Source: Oscillospiraceae bacterium (GTDB lineage Bacteria > Bacillota > Clostridia > Oscillospirales > Ruminococcaceae). Taken from it: 64,000 nt of DNA. The DNA lies in contig SFFD01000005.1 in assembly GCA_004556975.1 (NCBI GenBank), forward strand, positions 2,429-66,428, given 5' to 3'. The position numbers were made by a program, and so were the translations under genes. How positions within the stretch are numbered: the stretch's first letter is position 1; every line of letters begins with the position of its first letter. Below are positions 1 to 8,437 of this stretch, piece after piece. Below the pieces are notes generated by a model, which had not been told where the DNA came from, did no database searches, and worked only from the letters and a program-made list of their open reading frames with translations.

Positions 1-2
1 AA

Positions 3-872
3 GCCCTTTCGGCAAAGGCGGCGGATAAGCTGCGCAGCGTACTTTATCTTACGCCCAGCGTTGTGGGCGTTTCGCTGTTTTTTATTCTTCCGTTTTTCGT
101 GGTGGTGTACTATTCGCTTATCCGAAGTCCCATCAATCCGGAATTTGTGTTTCTGGAAAACTATAAAAACGTTTTGGGAAACTCTTCGTTTCAAACGGCG
201 GTCAACAACACCCTTAAGTTTTCTGCAATGGCGGTGCCCCTTGCCGTAATTCTCTCTTTGGCGCTTGCCCTTATGCTGGAAGAAAAAATTCCTTTTAAAA
301 GTCAGTTCAGAACCTTCTTTTTAAGCCCGATTATGGTGCCGGTTGCTTCCGTTGTGCTTATATGGCAGGTGCTGTTTGACTATAACGGCGCGCTGAACGA
401 ATTTGTTGCAACCTTCGGGCTTGACAAAATCGACTGGCTTAAATCCGAATATTGCCTTGGGGTAATCACCGTGCTTTATCTTTGGAAAAACCTCGGCTAT
501 AATATGATTCTTTTTATGGCGGCGCTTGCAAATGTTCCCCAGGAGCTGCTTGAAGCGGCGGATGTGGAGGGCGCGCCCGGCTGGTACAAATTCTTTGCCA
601 TAAAGCTGCGCTATCTTTCGCCCACGGTGCTTTTCGTCACTATTCTTTCAATGATAAATTCCTTCAAGGTGTTCCGCGAGATATATCTGCTTACCGGCAA
701 ATACCCATATGAGGGGCTTTATATGCTCCAGCACTTTATGAACAACACTTTCGCCTCTCTTGATTACCAAAAGCTTTCCGCCGCGGCGGTGCTTATGGCA
801 ATATTCATGGTCGGGCTTATCGCCCTGCTGTTTAAAATAGAGGACGTTTTCGGAAAGGATGTGGAGGGCTGA
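3..872 (+). CDS. Carbohydrate ABC transporter permease (MalF/UgpA-like), 5' end cut by window edge
   Basis: The frame is open from nt 3, upstream of the Met listed at 63. The product is multi-TM and carries the EAA-type loop LLEAADVEGAPGWYKFFAIKLRYLSP. Its stop overlaps the next start (TGATG at 870-874). Confidence 0.85.
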   Translation, partial: ALSAKAADKLRSVLYLTPSVVGVSLFFILPFFVVVYYSLIRSPINPEFVFLENYKNVLGNSSFQTAVNNTLKFSAMAVPLAVILSLALALMLEEKIPFKSQFRTFFLSPIMVPVASVVLIWQVLFDYNGALNEFVATFGLDKIDWLKSEYCLGVITVLYLWKNLGYNMILFMAALANVPQELLEAADVEGAPGWYKFFAIKLRYLSPTVLFVTILSMINSFKVFREIYLLTGKYPYEGLYMLQHFMNNTFASLDYQKLSAAAVLMAIFMVGLIALLFKIEDVFGKDVEG

Positions 873-1774
873 TGAAAGAAAAGCTTCACAAAAAAAAGAA
901 ACACCTTGCCGGAAAAATAATCACAGTTATTGTGTGCGCGCTTTTTGCATTTCTCTTTATAATGCCAACGGTGCTCACAATCACAAACTCCTTTATGGAG
1001 CAAAGCGAAATAAGCTCAAACTACGGCAAAATTTTTCAGAATTTTTCAGGCGGAAGCAAAACCTATATTTCAGATAAGGTTACGCTGAAATTCATTCCGG
1101 ATAAGGTAACCCTTTCCCAGTACATAACCGCGCTGATAAAAAGTCCGGATTACCTTTTCAAGTTCTGGAACTCGGTAATCCTTGTTGTGCCCATAGTCAT
1201 CTTTCAGGTGGCGACGGCGGCGCTCGCCGCCTATGGCTTTACCCGGTGGCGCGGCAAATTCAGAAGCTTTATGTTCTTCTTTTACGTTATCCTGATGCTT
1301 ATGCCCTATCAGGTAACGCTGGTTCCGAACTATCTGGTAAGCGACTGGCTCGGAATCCTAAATACCCGCTGGGCGATAATCTTCCCCGGAATGTTCGCGC
1401 CCTTTTCGGTATTTCTGCTTACCAAATTCATGCGGCGAATACCCGTTTCTCTTATTGAAGCGGCAAAGCTTGACGGTGCGGGCGAATGGCAGATTTTCAC
1501 CCGGATATGCCTTCCCCAGTGCCGCAGCGCCCTTTATTCCATTGCGATGCTCGTTTTCATCGACTATTGGAACATGGTGGAGCAGCCCATAATTCTGCTT
1601 CCGGACGCAGACAAACAGCCGCTTTCGGTCTATCTTTCAACAATAAACGCCGGCGAGGTGGGCGTAGCCTTCGCCGTGGCAACAATTTATATGATTCCGA
1701 CGCTTTTGCTTTTCCTTCACGGCGAAGAGTACCTTGTGGAGGGCATTGCGCACCAGGGATCGGTGAAAGGATAA
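872..1774 (+). CDS. Carbohydrate ABC transporter permease (MalG/UgpE-like)
   Basis: 300-aa multi-TM product with the EAA loop IEAAKLDGAGEWQIFTRICLP. It is translationally coupled to the preceding permease. Confidence 0.9.
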   Translation: MKEKLHKKKKHLAGKIITVIVCALFAFLFIMPTVLTITNSFMEQSEISSNYGKIFQNFSGGSKTYISDKVTLKFIPDKVTLSQYITALIKSPDYLFKFWNSVILVVPIVIFQVATAALAAYGFTRWRGKFRSFMFFFYVILMLMPYQVTLVPNYLVSDWLGILNTRWAIIFPGMFAPFSVFLLTKFMRRIPVSLIEAAKLDGAGEWQIFTRICLPQCRSALYSIAMLVFIDYWNMVEQPIILLPDADKQPLSVYLSTINAGEVGVAFAVATIYMIPTLLLFLHGEEYLVEGIAHQGSVKG

Positions 1775-1780
1775 ATTACT

Positions 1781-3493
1781 ATGGCAGAAGAAAAAGTCAA
1801 AAAAAGAGAATGGGTAAAAAACGCCGCAATAATCTTTTTAAGCATTATGCTGGTGCTTACCTTTTTCTCAAATACGTTTTTGCTCCGCTCCTTGCCGGAG
1901 GTTTCTACCCAGTCCGTTTCTTCGGGCACGATAAATACCAAAATCCGCGGCAGCGGCACCGTCGCCGCCAACCAGACCTATGACGTTACCATTGACCAAA
2001 GCCGCAAGGTCGACAGCATACTTGTAAAGGTCGGCCAGCAGGTAAACGCCGGCGACGTGCTTTTCACCCTTCAGGAGGGCGACAGCAAGGATTTGGAAGC
2101 AGCCAAAGATGCACTGTATGATGCGGAAGTTTCATACAGAAAAGCCGTCATAAACGCCGATACAAGCGAGAATTATAGGTCTGAAAAGGCAGCAATAAAG
2201 GCGGCACAGGAGGCTTATGATGAAGCCAAGAATACATACAATGACCTTGTAAAAAAACTTGCGGGCAAAAAAGATGTTTTAGCGCAAATTCCTACTGCCG
2301 AAGCAGCGGTCAATGTTGCAAAGACAGAATGCGATAAAGAACAGGAAAACTACGACAAGAAAAAACAAGATATTTATAATCAGCTTGAGGCTCTTACAGG
2401 CTCCACTCCGCCCGATGAGCCATACAGACCCGACGAAGCTCTCAAGTATGTAAAGCTGTATAAAGAAGCTAAAGAAAATTATAATAACAGTAGCGATGAA
2501 GCATCTAAGCTTGTGTGGAAAACCGCTATGGAAGAATACGAGGGACATTTGGCTCTTATCGTTACAACCGGCGGAACGAATTTAACAGTAACCCTTTATG
2601 ACGAGCTTCAAACAGCGGAAAAAAACCTGAACACTAAAAAAGCCGTACTTTCAGGGGCGGAAAGCACTTTGGAAAGCTTGAATAAGCAGCTTGCAAGCTT
2701 CGCCGAGTATGAAACTCAGTTGGAAGCGGCACAGCGCGATATGAGAACACAGAATGACGCTCTTTCCAACGCTTATGACGCTTTGCAGGATAAAATTGAT
2801 GCGGATGTCAAGGCAGGAAAGCTTCAAGACATTGATTTTGAGGTTATGAAACGCGACCTTGAGAAAAAGAAAAAAGCCGTTGAAGACCTCTCCGGCAACA
2901 ACGGCAGCAACGAGGTTACCGCAAAGGTTGCCGGAACAGTAAGCGAAATCAACGTAAGGGCGGGCGGCGACGCCAACGCCCAAGAAACGCTTGCCGTAAT
3001 CGAGCTTACCGACCGGGGCTATACCGTAAGCATTTCCGCCACGGCGGAGCAGGCAAAAAAAGTGACCGTGGGCGACACCGCCGAGGTTACGACCTATTGG
3101 TGGGGCAGCGAAATAAAGGCCGTGCTTGACAGCATAAAGAACGACCCCCAAAGCGGCGGAAGAAATAAAATTCTTGTGTTCACCGTTTCGGGCGACGTCG
3201 AACCCGGAACAAACCTTAATCTTTCCATAGGTCAAAAGAGCCAGAACTATGATTCCATAGTGCCAAAGAGCGCGGTGCGCAGCGACACCAACGGAAAATT
3301 CGTACTTGTGCTTACTCAAAAATCAAGCCCCATCGGCAACCGCTATGTGGCGACAAGAGTTGATGTGAACGTGCTTGCGGAGGACGACGTTTCCGCCGCC
3401 GTAACGGGTTTAAGCTACGGCGATTATGTCATTACCACCTCAAGCAAGCCCATAGAGGCGGGCACACTCGTCCGTATGGCGGAGGGAGCGTAA
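1781..3493 (+). CDS. HlyD-family membrane-fusion (periplasmic adaptor-like) protein with a very long coiled coil
   Basis: N-terminal TM segment, then a split lipoyl-like half (VDSILVKVGQQVNAGDVLFTLQEGD ... VTAKVAGTVSEINVRAGG). A K/E/A/Q-rich coiled-coil insert of about 300 aa separates the halves, followed by a C-terminal beta-barrel-like region. The gene starts 7 nt after the permease stop. Confidence 0.75.
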   Translation: MAEEKVKKREWVKNAAIIFLSIMLVLTFFSNTFLLRSLPEVSTQSVSSGTINTKIRGSGTVAANQTYDVTIDQSRKVDSILVKVGQQVNAGDVLFTLQEGDSKDLEAAKDALYDAEVSYRKAVINADTSENYRSEKAAIKAAQEAYDEAKNTYNDLVKKLAGKKDVLAQIPTAEAAVNVAKTECDKEQENYDKKKQDIYNQLEALTGSTPPDEPYRPDEALKYVKLYKEAKENYNNSSDEASKLVWKTAMEEYEGHLALIVTTGGTNLTVTLYDELQTAEKNLNTKKAVLSGAESTLESLNKQLASFAEYETQLEAAQRDMRTQNDALSNAYDALQDKIDADVKAGKLQDIDFEVMKRDLEKKKKAVEDLSGNNGSNEVTAKVAGTVSEINVRAGGDANAQETLAVIELTDRGYTVSISATAEQAKKVTVGDTAEVTTYWWGSEIKAVLDSIKNDPQSGGRNKILVFTVSGDVEPGTNLNLSIGQKSQNYDSIVPKSAVRSDTNGKFVLVLTQKSSPIGNRYVATRVDVNVLAEDDVSAAVTGLSYGDYVITTSSKPIEAGTLVRMAEGA

Positions 3494-3509
3494 TAAGGTG
3501 GAAAAAGCT

Positions 3510-4676
3510 ATGGACTGGCTTAAAAAGCATAAGCTTCCGGTGGCTCTTAACCTTGTGCTTATAATTCTTGCGGGCTGCTGCCTCGGCTTTTGCGCAAAAA
3601 TGAAAGGCACCCTTGAATATACAAAGGCGGCGGAAAAATGGGCGGGAAATTCCGGCGAGCGTTTCGCCTATATTTCCTGCTTTATGCCGGAAACGGCGCG
3701 CACCGACCAACAAAGCGTATATTCCTTCAAAAGCGCCATGGAGCAAAAGCTTACCGAAAACTCCATGGAAGCGGAGGAAGGCCGCACACTGTGGACATTT
3801 GCCTATTGCGGCAACGCCGCCATCCCCGTAACCACCGACAAAGGCTCCGCCACGGTGGAAGCCCTTGGCGTGGGCGGCGACTTTTTCTTCTTCCACCCGA
3901 TGCTGCTTCGCAGCGGCAACTACATTGCCGAAAGCGACCTTATGCACGACGGAGTCGTCATCGACAAGGAGCTTGCATGGAAGCTTTTCGGCGCCATAGA
4001 GGTCAACGGAATGGAGCTTGAAATTGCCGGCAGAAAATTCTATGTTGCCGGCGTTGTGGAGCGGGATTCCGACTTTGCCAGCACCGAAGCCTACGGCTCC
4101 GACATCGGGCTTTATATGGCCTATGACGTTTTCAACGAGATTACAAACGAGGGAATAAACTGCTATGAGCTTGTGTTCCCGAACCCCGTTACAAACTTTG
4201 CCTTAAATCTTGTAAAAGACAATTTTCCCGGCGGGGATTCAACGGTCTTTGTTGACGAAGGCTCACGCTACGACGTGAGCAGCCTTTGGAGTGTGATAAA
4301 GGATTTCGGCAAGCGCAGTATGCGCACCGACGGCGTTATTTTCCCCTATTGGGAAAACGCCGCCCGCCTTACCGAGGATTATGCCGCCCTTGGAATGGTG
4401 CTTTTTTGCCTGTTTATGATAACGCCGCTTTGCTTTGCGGCTGTAATCGGCTGTAAATATGCAAAAAAAGGCGCGTCGGCCGCGTGGAAAAAGACAGAAG
4501 AATTTTCCGTGAAATTCTATGACGCCGTGAACGACAAACTTTATGCCAAAGAACAGCACGCAAAGCTGCTTGAGGAGCAGGAAAAAAAGAGCCCCGGCGA
4601 AAGCGGCGCGGAAAGCTCCGAGGACTACTCCGAAGAAAGCTCCGAGGATTACGAGCCAGATGAACTCGATGACTGA
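3510..4676 (+). CDS. Membrane protein with a MacB-like periplasmic core domain (no FtsX 4-TM bundle), acidic C-terminal tail
   Basis: The GVVIDKELAWKLFGAIEVNGMELEIAGRKFYVAGVVE segment resembles a MacB_PCD domain. I see one N-terminal and one C-terminal TM segment. I prefer the ATG at 3510 (AAGGTGG 8 nt upstream) over the GTG at 3498 used in the track. Confidence 0.6.
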   Translation: MDWLKKHKLPVALNLVLIILAGCCLGFCAKMKGTLEYTKAAEKWAGNSGERFAYISCFMPETARTDQQSVYSFKSAMEQKLTENSMEAEEGRTLWTFAYCGNAAIPVTTDKGSATVEALGVGGDFFFFHPMLLRSGNYIAESDLMHDGVVIDKELAWKLFGAIEVNGMELEIAGRKFYVAGVVERDSDFASTEAYGSDIGLYMAYDVFNEITNEGINCYELVFPNPVTNFALNLVKDNFPGGDSTVFVDEGSRYDVSSLWSVIKDFGKRSMRTDGVIFPYWENAARLTEDYAALGMVLFCLFMITPLCFAAVIGCKYAKKGASAAWKKTEEFSVKFYDAVNDKLYAKEQHAKLLEEQEKKSPGESGAESSEDYSEESSEDYEPDELDD

Positions 4677-4683
4677 TAAAAAA

Positions 4684-4707
4684 ATCCCCCGCCGGGGGAT
4701 TTTTTTA
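4684..4707 (+). terminator. Rho-independent terminator of the permease/adaptor operon
   Basis: ATCCCCC-GCC-GGGGGAT hairpin followed by T7. Confidence 0.85.
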
Positions 4708-4708
4708 T

Positions 4709-5334
4709 GCTTGGCGGTAACCTCTGCGCTCCGCGCGGAGCTGCCACAGCCTTCCCCAAAGGGGAAGGTGGCGCGGTGCGCACCTTTGAAAACTCTGCGG
4801 CTTGCGGCGGAGCCGCCTGCACCGCACCAACCGCGGCTCAGCCGCCTTGATAAGTATGCGCCTTTTGTCGAGTTATCAAAATAATAACCTCAGCCGGCAC
4901 GAAGTGCCTTTGGCGGTCGAGCATCCGAGGGATACTGAAAAACCGCCCGGGACCCCGTCGTGTAGAAATTCCGAGCGCCTCCGGTGGAGGATGAAGCGAG
5001 GAATTTCGACTGCCGCCGTCCGCGAACGCAAGAATAGCGCAAGCCGAAGCGTGAGCGGAGAACGGCAAAGGGGCTACCAACGCCTTGATGATGTTTGGAG
5101 CGTTTATTCCCCCTTTTCAAGGGGGAGTCTCACGCGGGAGCGTGAGGGTAGGGGGCGAAACTTTTCTTTTACCGTCTTACGGCTTTTCTTTTGGTTACAA
5201 AAGAAAAGGGGTAAGCTTCGCCGAGGTAACGAAAGCGCGGAGGAATATTGCGGGGGAGTAAATTGGCGTAAACGCTATCCCTTGTCGCCGATACAACCCC
5301 TCAGTCTTTTGTCGCCGCAGTGCGCCGAAAAAAG
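4709..5334. other. Hairpin-dense noncoding region (candidate large structured RNA or palindromic-repeat spacer)
   Basis: No credible ORF; the only long ORF is Arg-rich and lacks an RBS. There are at least 10 local hairpins. Examples: CCTTCCCC-AAA-GGGGAAGG near 4750-4769, CTCACGC-GGGA-GCGTGAG near 5129-5146, and an approximately 15-bp interrupted stem at 5176-5215. Terminators flank the region on both sides. Confidence 0.4.
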
Positions 5335-5370
5335 CCCCGTGCTCATTTGAGCACGGGGTTTCTCTGTTTT
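5329..5370. terminator. Bidirectional terminator (CCCCGTGCTCA/TGAGCACGGGG hairpin)
   Basis: Stem at 5335-5358 with an A-run upstream and a T-rich run downstream. It serves the convergent minus-strand TSCPD gene and any plus-strand transcript. Confidence 0.8.
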
Positions 5371-5386
5371 GAGCACGGAGTGCTCA

Positions 5387-5647
5387 TTATTCTTTCATTT
5401 TCTTCTGCGCTTCAACAATGGCCTTTGTAAGCTGGTCCGCGCAAGAGGTTCCGCGGCCGCGGCAGTCGTTGCCCGCAAGGCGGGCGACAACCTCGTCTGC
5501 GTTCCACCCCTCAAGTATTTTCGGAATGGCGGCAAGGTTGCCGGGGCAGCCGCCGGTAAAAACAATGTTATGAATGGTGCCGTCCTCATTTAAATCAAAG
5601 GCAATTTTTGAAGAGCAGGTTCCGTGTGTTCTGTATTCGTAATGCAT
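5387..5647 (-). CDS. TSCPD-domain small protein (TIGR03905-like)
   Basis: 86-aa product MHYEYRTHGTCSS...GGCPGNLAAI...CRGRGTSCADQL. AAGGAGA lies 6 nt upstream of the ATG at 5647, so I prefer this start to the 97-aa ORF in the track. Confidence 0.8.
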   Translation of the reverse strand: MHYEYRTHGTCSSKIAFDLNEDGTIHNIVFTGGCPGNLAAIPKILEGWNADEVVARLAGNDCRGRGTSCADQLTKAIVEAQKKMKE

Positions 5648-5648
5648 T

Positions 5649-6476
5649 TCAGTTCTCCTTTTTATAAACATGTATATCAAAAGCCGCCTCTACGGCAAGC
5701 TTTTCAATGCTTTCAAGCTTTTCGGCGCCCTTTGCCGAGGTTTTCCAGTAATACGGCGTCATCTGAAAAAGCGCCGCAATGTCTTCGTGATGCTCAAGCT
5801 GCATTACATAGCGCAGGCGGCGGGCTTTTTCGTGCTCAAAGCCCTCATAGGCAACGTCCTCTTCCTTATTTTCATAAGGACGGTCATATATTGCGGCTTT
5901 AAGCTGCCAAAGATGGCGCGGCCCGGGCACGACGTAAATGTAATATCCGCCGGGCTTGAGCACGCGCAGATACTCTTCGCGGCAAAGCGGACTGAACACG
6001 TTGAGCACGAGGTCGGCGCTTTCGCAAGCCACCGGCAGTGAAAATACCGAAGCCACGGCAAATTCGATATTTTTGCTGCGCTTTGCGGCGCGGCGCACCG
6101 AAGGACGGCTTATGTCAACTCCCGCCATAACGGGTGCCGCGCCCTTTGAGCACAGATATTCATAAATTCCGGCGGTGTAATATCCTTCGCCGCAGCCGCA
6201 GTCAAGCACCGTTTCGCCGCCGCCCGGAAAAAGCGAAAAAATCTCTTCCGCAAGGGCACTGCGCAGCGGGGCATAAAATCCGCGGTTAAGAAAAGCGGTT
6301 CTTGCCGCCGCCATGGCGGCGCTGTCGCCCGGAATTTTTGAATTCATCCGGTTCGGGGGCAAAAGGTGAACGTACCCTTCCGAAGAAATATCAAAGCTGT
6401 GACCCCGCGCGCAAAAAAGGCGTTTTTCGCCGTGCTCGAGCGGGCCGCCGCATATGGGACAAATAAAAACGCTCAT
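5649..6476 (-). CDS. rlmA: 23S rRNA (guanine-N1)-methyltransferase RlmA-like
   Basis: N-terminal zinc-ribbon CPICGGPL...CARGHSFD, then EGYVHLLPPN...PGDSAAMAAARTAFL and a SAM-MTase motif VLDCGCGEGYY. It closely parallels E. coli RlmA. Confidence 0.85.
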   Translation of the reverse strand: MSVFICPICGGPLEHGEKRLFCARGHSFDISSEGYVHLLPPNRMNSKIPGDSAAMAAARTAFLNRGFYAPLRSALAEEIFSLFPGGGETVLDCGCGEGYYTAGIYEYLCSKGAAPVMAGVDISRPSVRRAAKRSKNIEFAVASVFSLPVACESADLVLNVFSPLCREEYLRVLKPGGYYIYVVPGPRHLWQLKAAIYDRPYENKEEDVAYEGFEHEKARRLRYVMQLEHHEDIAALFQMTPYYWKTSAKGAEKLESIEKLAVEAAFDIHVYKKEN

Positions 6477-6480
6477 ATTT

Positions 6481-6762
6481 TCACCCTAAAGCTCCCGTTT
6501 CCAAATACCGCCAAAGGGCAAGATGCAAAATTATGAACAGCGGAACGAGAAGCATAAATTTTAAATGTCTTGTTTTGTGACGAAACACCGTCATGGCAAA
6601 AAACGCCCCCGCTCCGCCGCCGATGAACGCCAAAAAAAGAAGCAGGCGTTCCGGCACGCGCCGGCGGCGCGCTGCGGCAAAGTGCTTGTCGGCAATAAAT
6701 GCGGCTGCGGCAATTAAATTTATCGCCGCGTAATACAGCGGCAAAAGCTTTTGCCATTCCAA
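6481..6762 (-). CDS. DUF1294 membrane protein
   Basis: 93-aa product with the pattern DKHFAAARRRRVPERLLL...GGGAGAFFAMTVFRHKTRH typical of DUF1294. Confidence 0.8.
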   Translation of the reverse strand: MEWQKLLPLYYAAINLIAAAAFIADKHFAAARRRRVPERLLLFLAFIGGGAGAFFAMTVFRHKTRHLKFMLLVPLFIILHLALWRYLETGALG

Positions 6763-6967
6763 GGCGAAAACCCCTTTTTAACAGTAATGTTCCGCAGCGC
6801 CTTGCAGGGAATTTTTCCGCCGCAGATTAAGGGCGTGACCTGCAGACCTAAAGGACGCCGTTTTATAAAAACGAATAATAGAATTTTATCACTAACCGCA
6901 AAAATCGTCAAGATTAGGGCGCGTTTTTCGTCACTTTAACAATTTAGAGAAAAAAGGCAAAATTGTG

Positions 6968-6997
6968 TTGACTTTGTGTGCTTTACTATGATATACT
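6968..6997 (+). promoter_or_regulatory. Sigma-A-type promoter of brnQ
   Basis: TTGACT, 18-nt spacer, TGaTATACT (extended -10). Confidence 0.55.
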
Positions 6998-7044
6998 GAC
7001 AAAAATTTATATTGAGAATTAAAAAATTTACGGAGGCGATTTTG

Positions 7045-8397
7045 GTGAAACGACGGCTTAGCTTTAAAGAGTATGTTTATGTCGCAAGCATGCTTTTCGG
7101 AATGTTTTTCGGAGCAGGTAACCTTATTTTTCCCATTCATATGGGTCAGATGGCCGGAAGCAGCGTCTGGAGCGCGTTTGCGGGAATGTTCATCACCGGC
7201 GTCGGCCTTCCGCTTTTGGGCGTGGCCGCCCTCGGCATTTCAAAAAGCACCGGTCTTTTTGATTTAAGCAGCAGGGTAAGCCGCCCTTACGGAATGTTTT
7301 TCACCTGTCTGCTTTATCTTACGATAGGGCCGTTTTTCGCCATTCCCCGCTGCGCCACGGTTTCCTTTACCGTCGGTTTGGAGCAGGTTATTCCCGAAAG
7401 CGCGAACCTTAAGCTTTGGCTTTTCGTTTTTACCCTTGCGTTTTTCGGCGCGGCGCTTTTCTTTTCTCTCTATCCCGGAAAAATACTCACTTGGGTTGGA
7501 AAAATTCTTAACCCATGTTTTTTAATCTTCCTTGGAATTCTTGTGATTACGGCGCTTTGCGCCCCGGCGGGAAATATCTCGCAGGCCGCGCCGCTTGGCG
7601 GCTATGAAGCGTCGCCCTTCTTTACCGGATTTCTTGAGGGCTATAACACAATGGACGCTCTTGCAAGCCTTGCCTTCGGTATAATTGTTGTGCAGGTAAT
7701 CCGCGGTCTTGGCGTGGAAAAATCCGACGATGTTGCGGGCAACACCGTGCTTTCCGGCGTTTTCAGCTGCCTTTTTATGGGGCTTATCTATGCGGCGATT
7801 GCCCTTGTAGGCGCCCAAAGCCGCGGTGCTCTTGAGCCTGCCGAAAACGGCGGCATTGCCTTTGCGCAGATAGCAAAGCTTTATCTCGGCACGCCGGGGC
7901 TTCTTGTTCTTGCGGCGACGGTTACCTTTGCCTGTCTTAAAACCGCGGTCGGTCTTATAACGAGCTGCGCCGAAACCTTTTCCGCGCTGTTTCCGAAAGG
8001 CCCGAAATACCGCGTGTGGGCGGTTATCTTTTCCGGCGCGTCCTTCCTTTTTGCAAACCTCGGTCTCGGCGCTATTTTGGAATATTCCCTTCCTGTACTT
8101 ATGTTCCTCTATCCGCTTGCAATAACGCTGATTCTGCTTTCACTTACCGGCAGATTTTTCGGCTATGACAGGCGGGTTTACGGCTGGGTCACCGGCTTTG
8201 CCCTTGTGACGGCGGTTTACGATTTGCTTGCGGCACTGCCCGCCGGAGTTAAGAGTGCCCTTCATCTTGAAGGAATAATTTCCGCCGCAGGCGGCGCGCT
8301 GCCCTTTGCCGAAATAGGTCTCGGCTGGGTTTGTCCCGCCGCAGTGGGTCTTGTTATCGGGCTTGTTTTGCACAAAGTCCGCCCACAGAAGGAATAA
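7045..8397 (+). CDS. brnQ: Branched-chain amino acid transport system II carrier (LIVCS family)
   Basis: MLFGMFFGAGNLIFPIHMGQMAGS signature and about 12 TM segments. The GTG at 7045 has GGAGG 7 nt upstream and is preferred to the TTG at 7012. Confidence 0.9.
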   Translation: MKRRLSFKEYVYVASMLFGMFFGAGNLIFPIHMGQMAGSSVWSAFAGMFITGVGLPLLGVAALGISKSTGLFDLSSRVSRPYGMFFTCLLYLTIGPFFAIPRCATVSFTVGLEQVIPESANLKLWLFVFTLAFFGAALFFSLYPGKILTWVGKILNPCFLIFLGILVITALCAPAGNISQAAPLGGYEASPFFTGFLEGYNTMDALASLAFGIIVVQVIRGLGVEKSDDVAGNTVLSGVFSCLFMGLIYAAIALVGAQSRGALEPAENGGIAFAQIAKLYLGTPGLLVLAATVTFACLKTAVGLITSCAETFSALFPKGPKYRVWAVIFSGASFLFANLGLGAILEYSLPVLMFLYPLAITLILLSLTGRFFGYDRRVYGWVTGFALVTAVYDLLAALPAGVKSALHLEGIISAAGGALPFAEIGLGWVCPAAVGLVIGLVLHKVRPQKE

Positions 8398-8400
8398 CGA

Positions 8401-8431
8401 AAAAGCCTCTCTTACGAGAGGCTTTTTTATA
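8401..8431. terminator. Bidirectional terminator between brnQ and the aro operon
   Basis: AAAAGCCTCTC-TTAC-GAGAGGCTTTT palindrome. Confidence 0.85.
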
Positions 8432-8437
8432 TTTGAA

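Noticed and set aside
4802-5350. 182-aa plus-strand ORF covering most of the 4.7-5.4 kb gene-free region
   Set aside because: The product is Arg-rich and low-complexity. There is no RBS, no recognisable family, and the ORF runs straight through stacked hairpins and into a terminator. This is typical of a chance open frame in GC-rich noncoding DNA.
4709-5365. Whether the hairpin-dense region is RNase P RNA, tmRNA, SRP RNA or a group II intron
   Set aside because: On neither strand do I find the RNase P P4 signature GAGGAAAGTCC, a tRNA-like acceptor/T-arm end for tmRNA, an SRP domain IV motif, or a group II domain V-like hairpin. No reverse transcriptase or maturase ORF is nearby.
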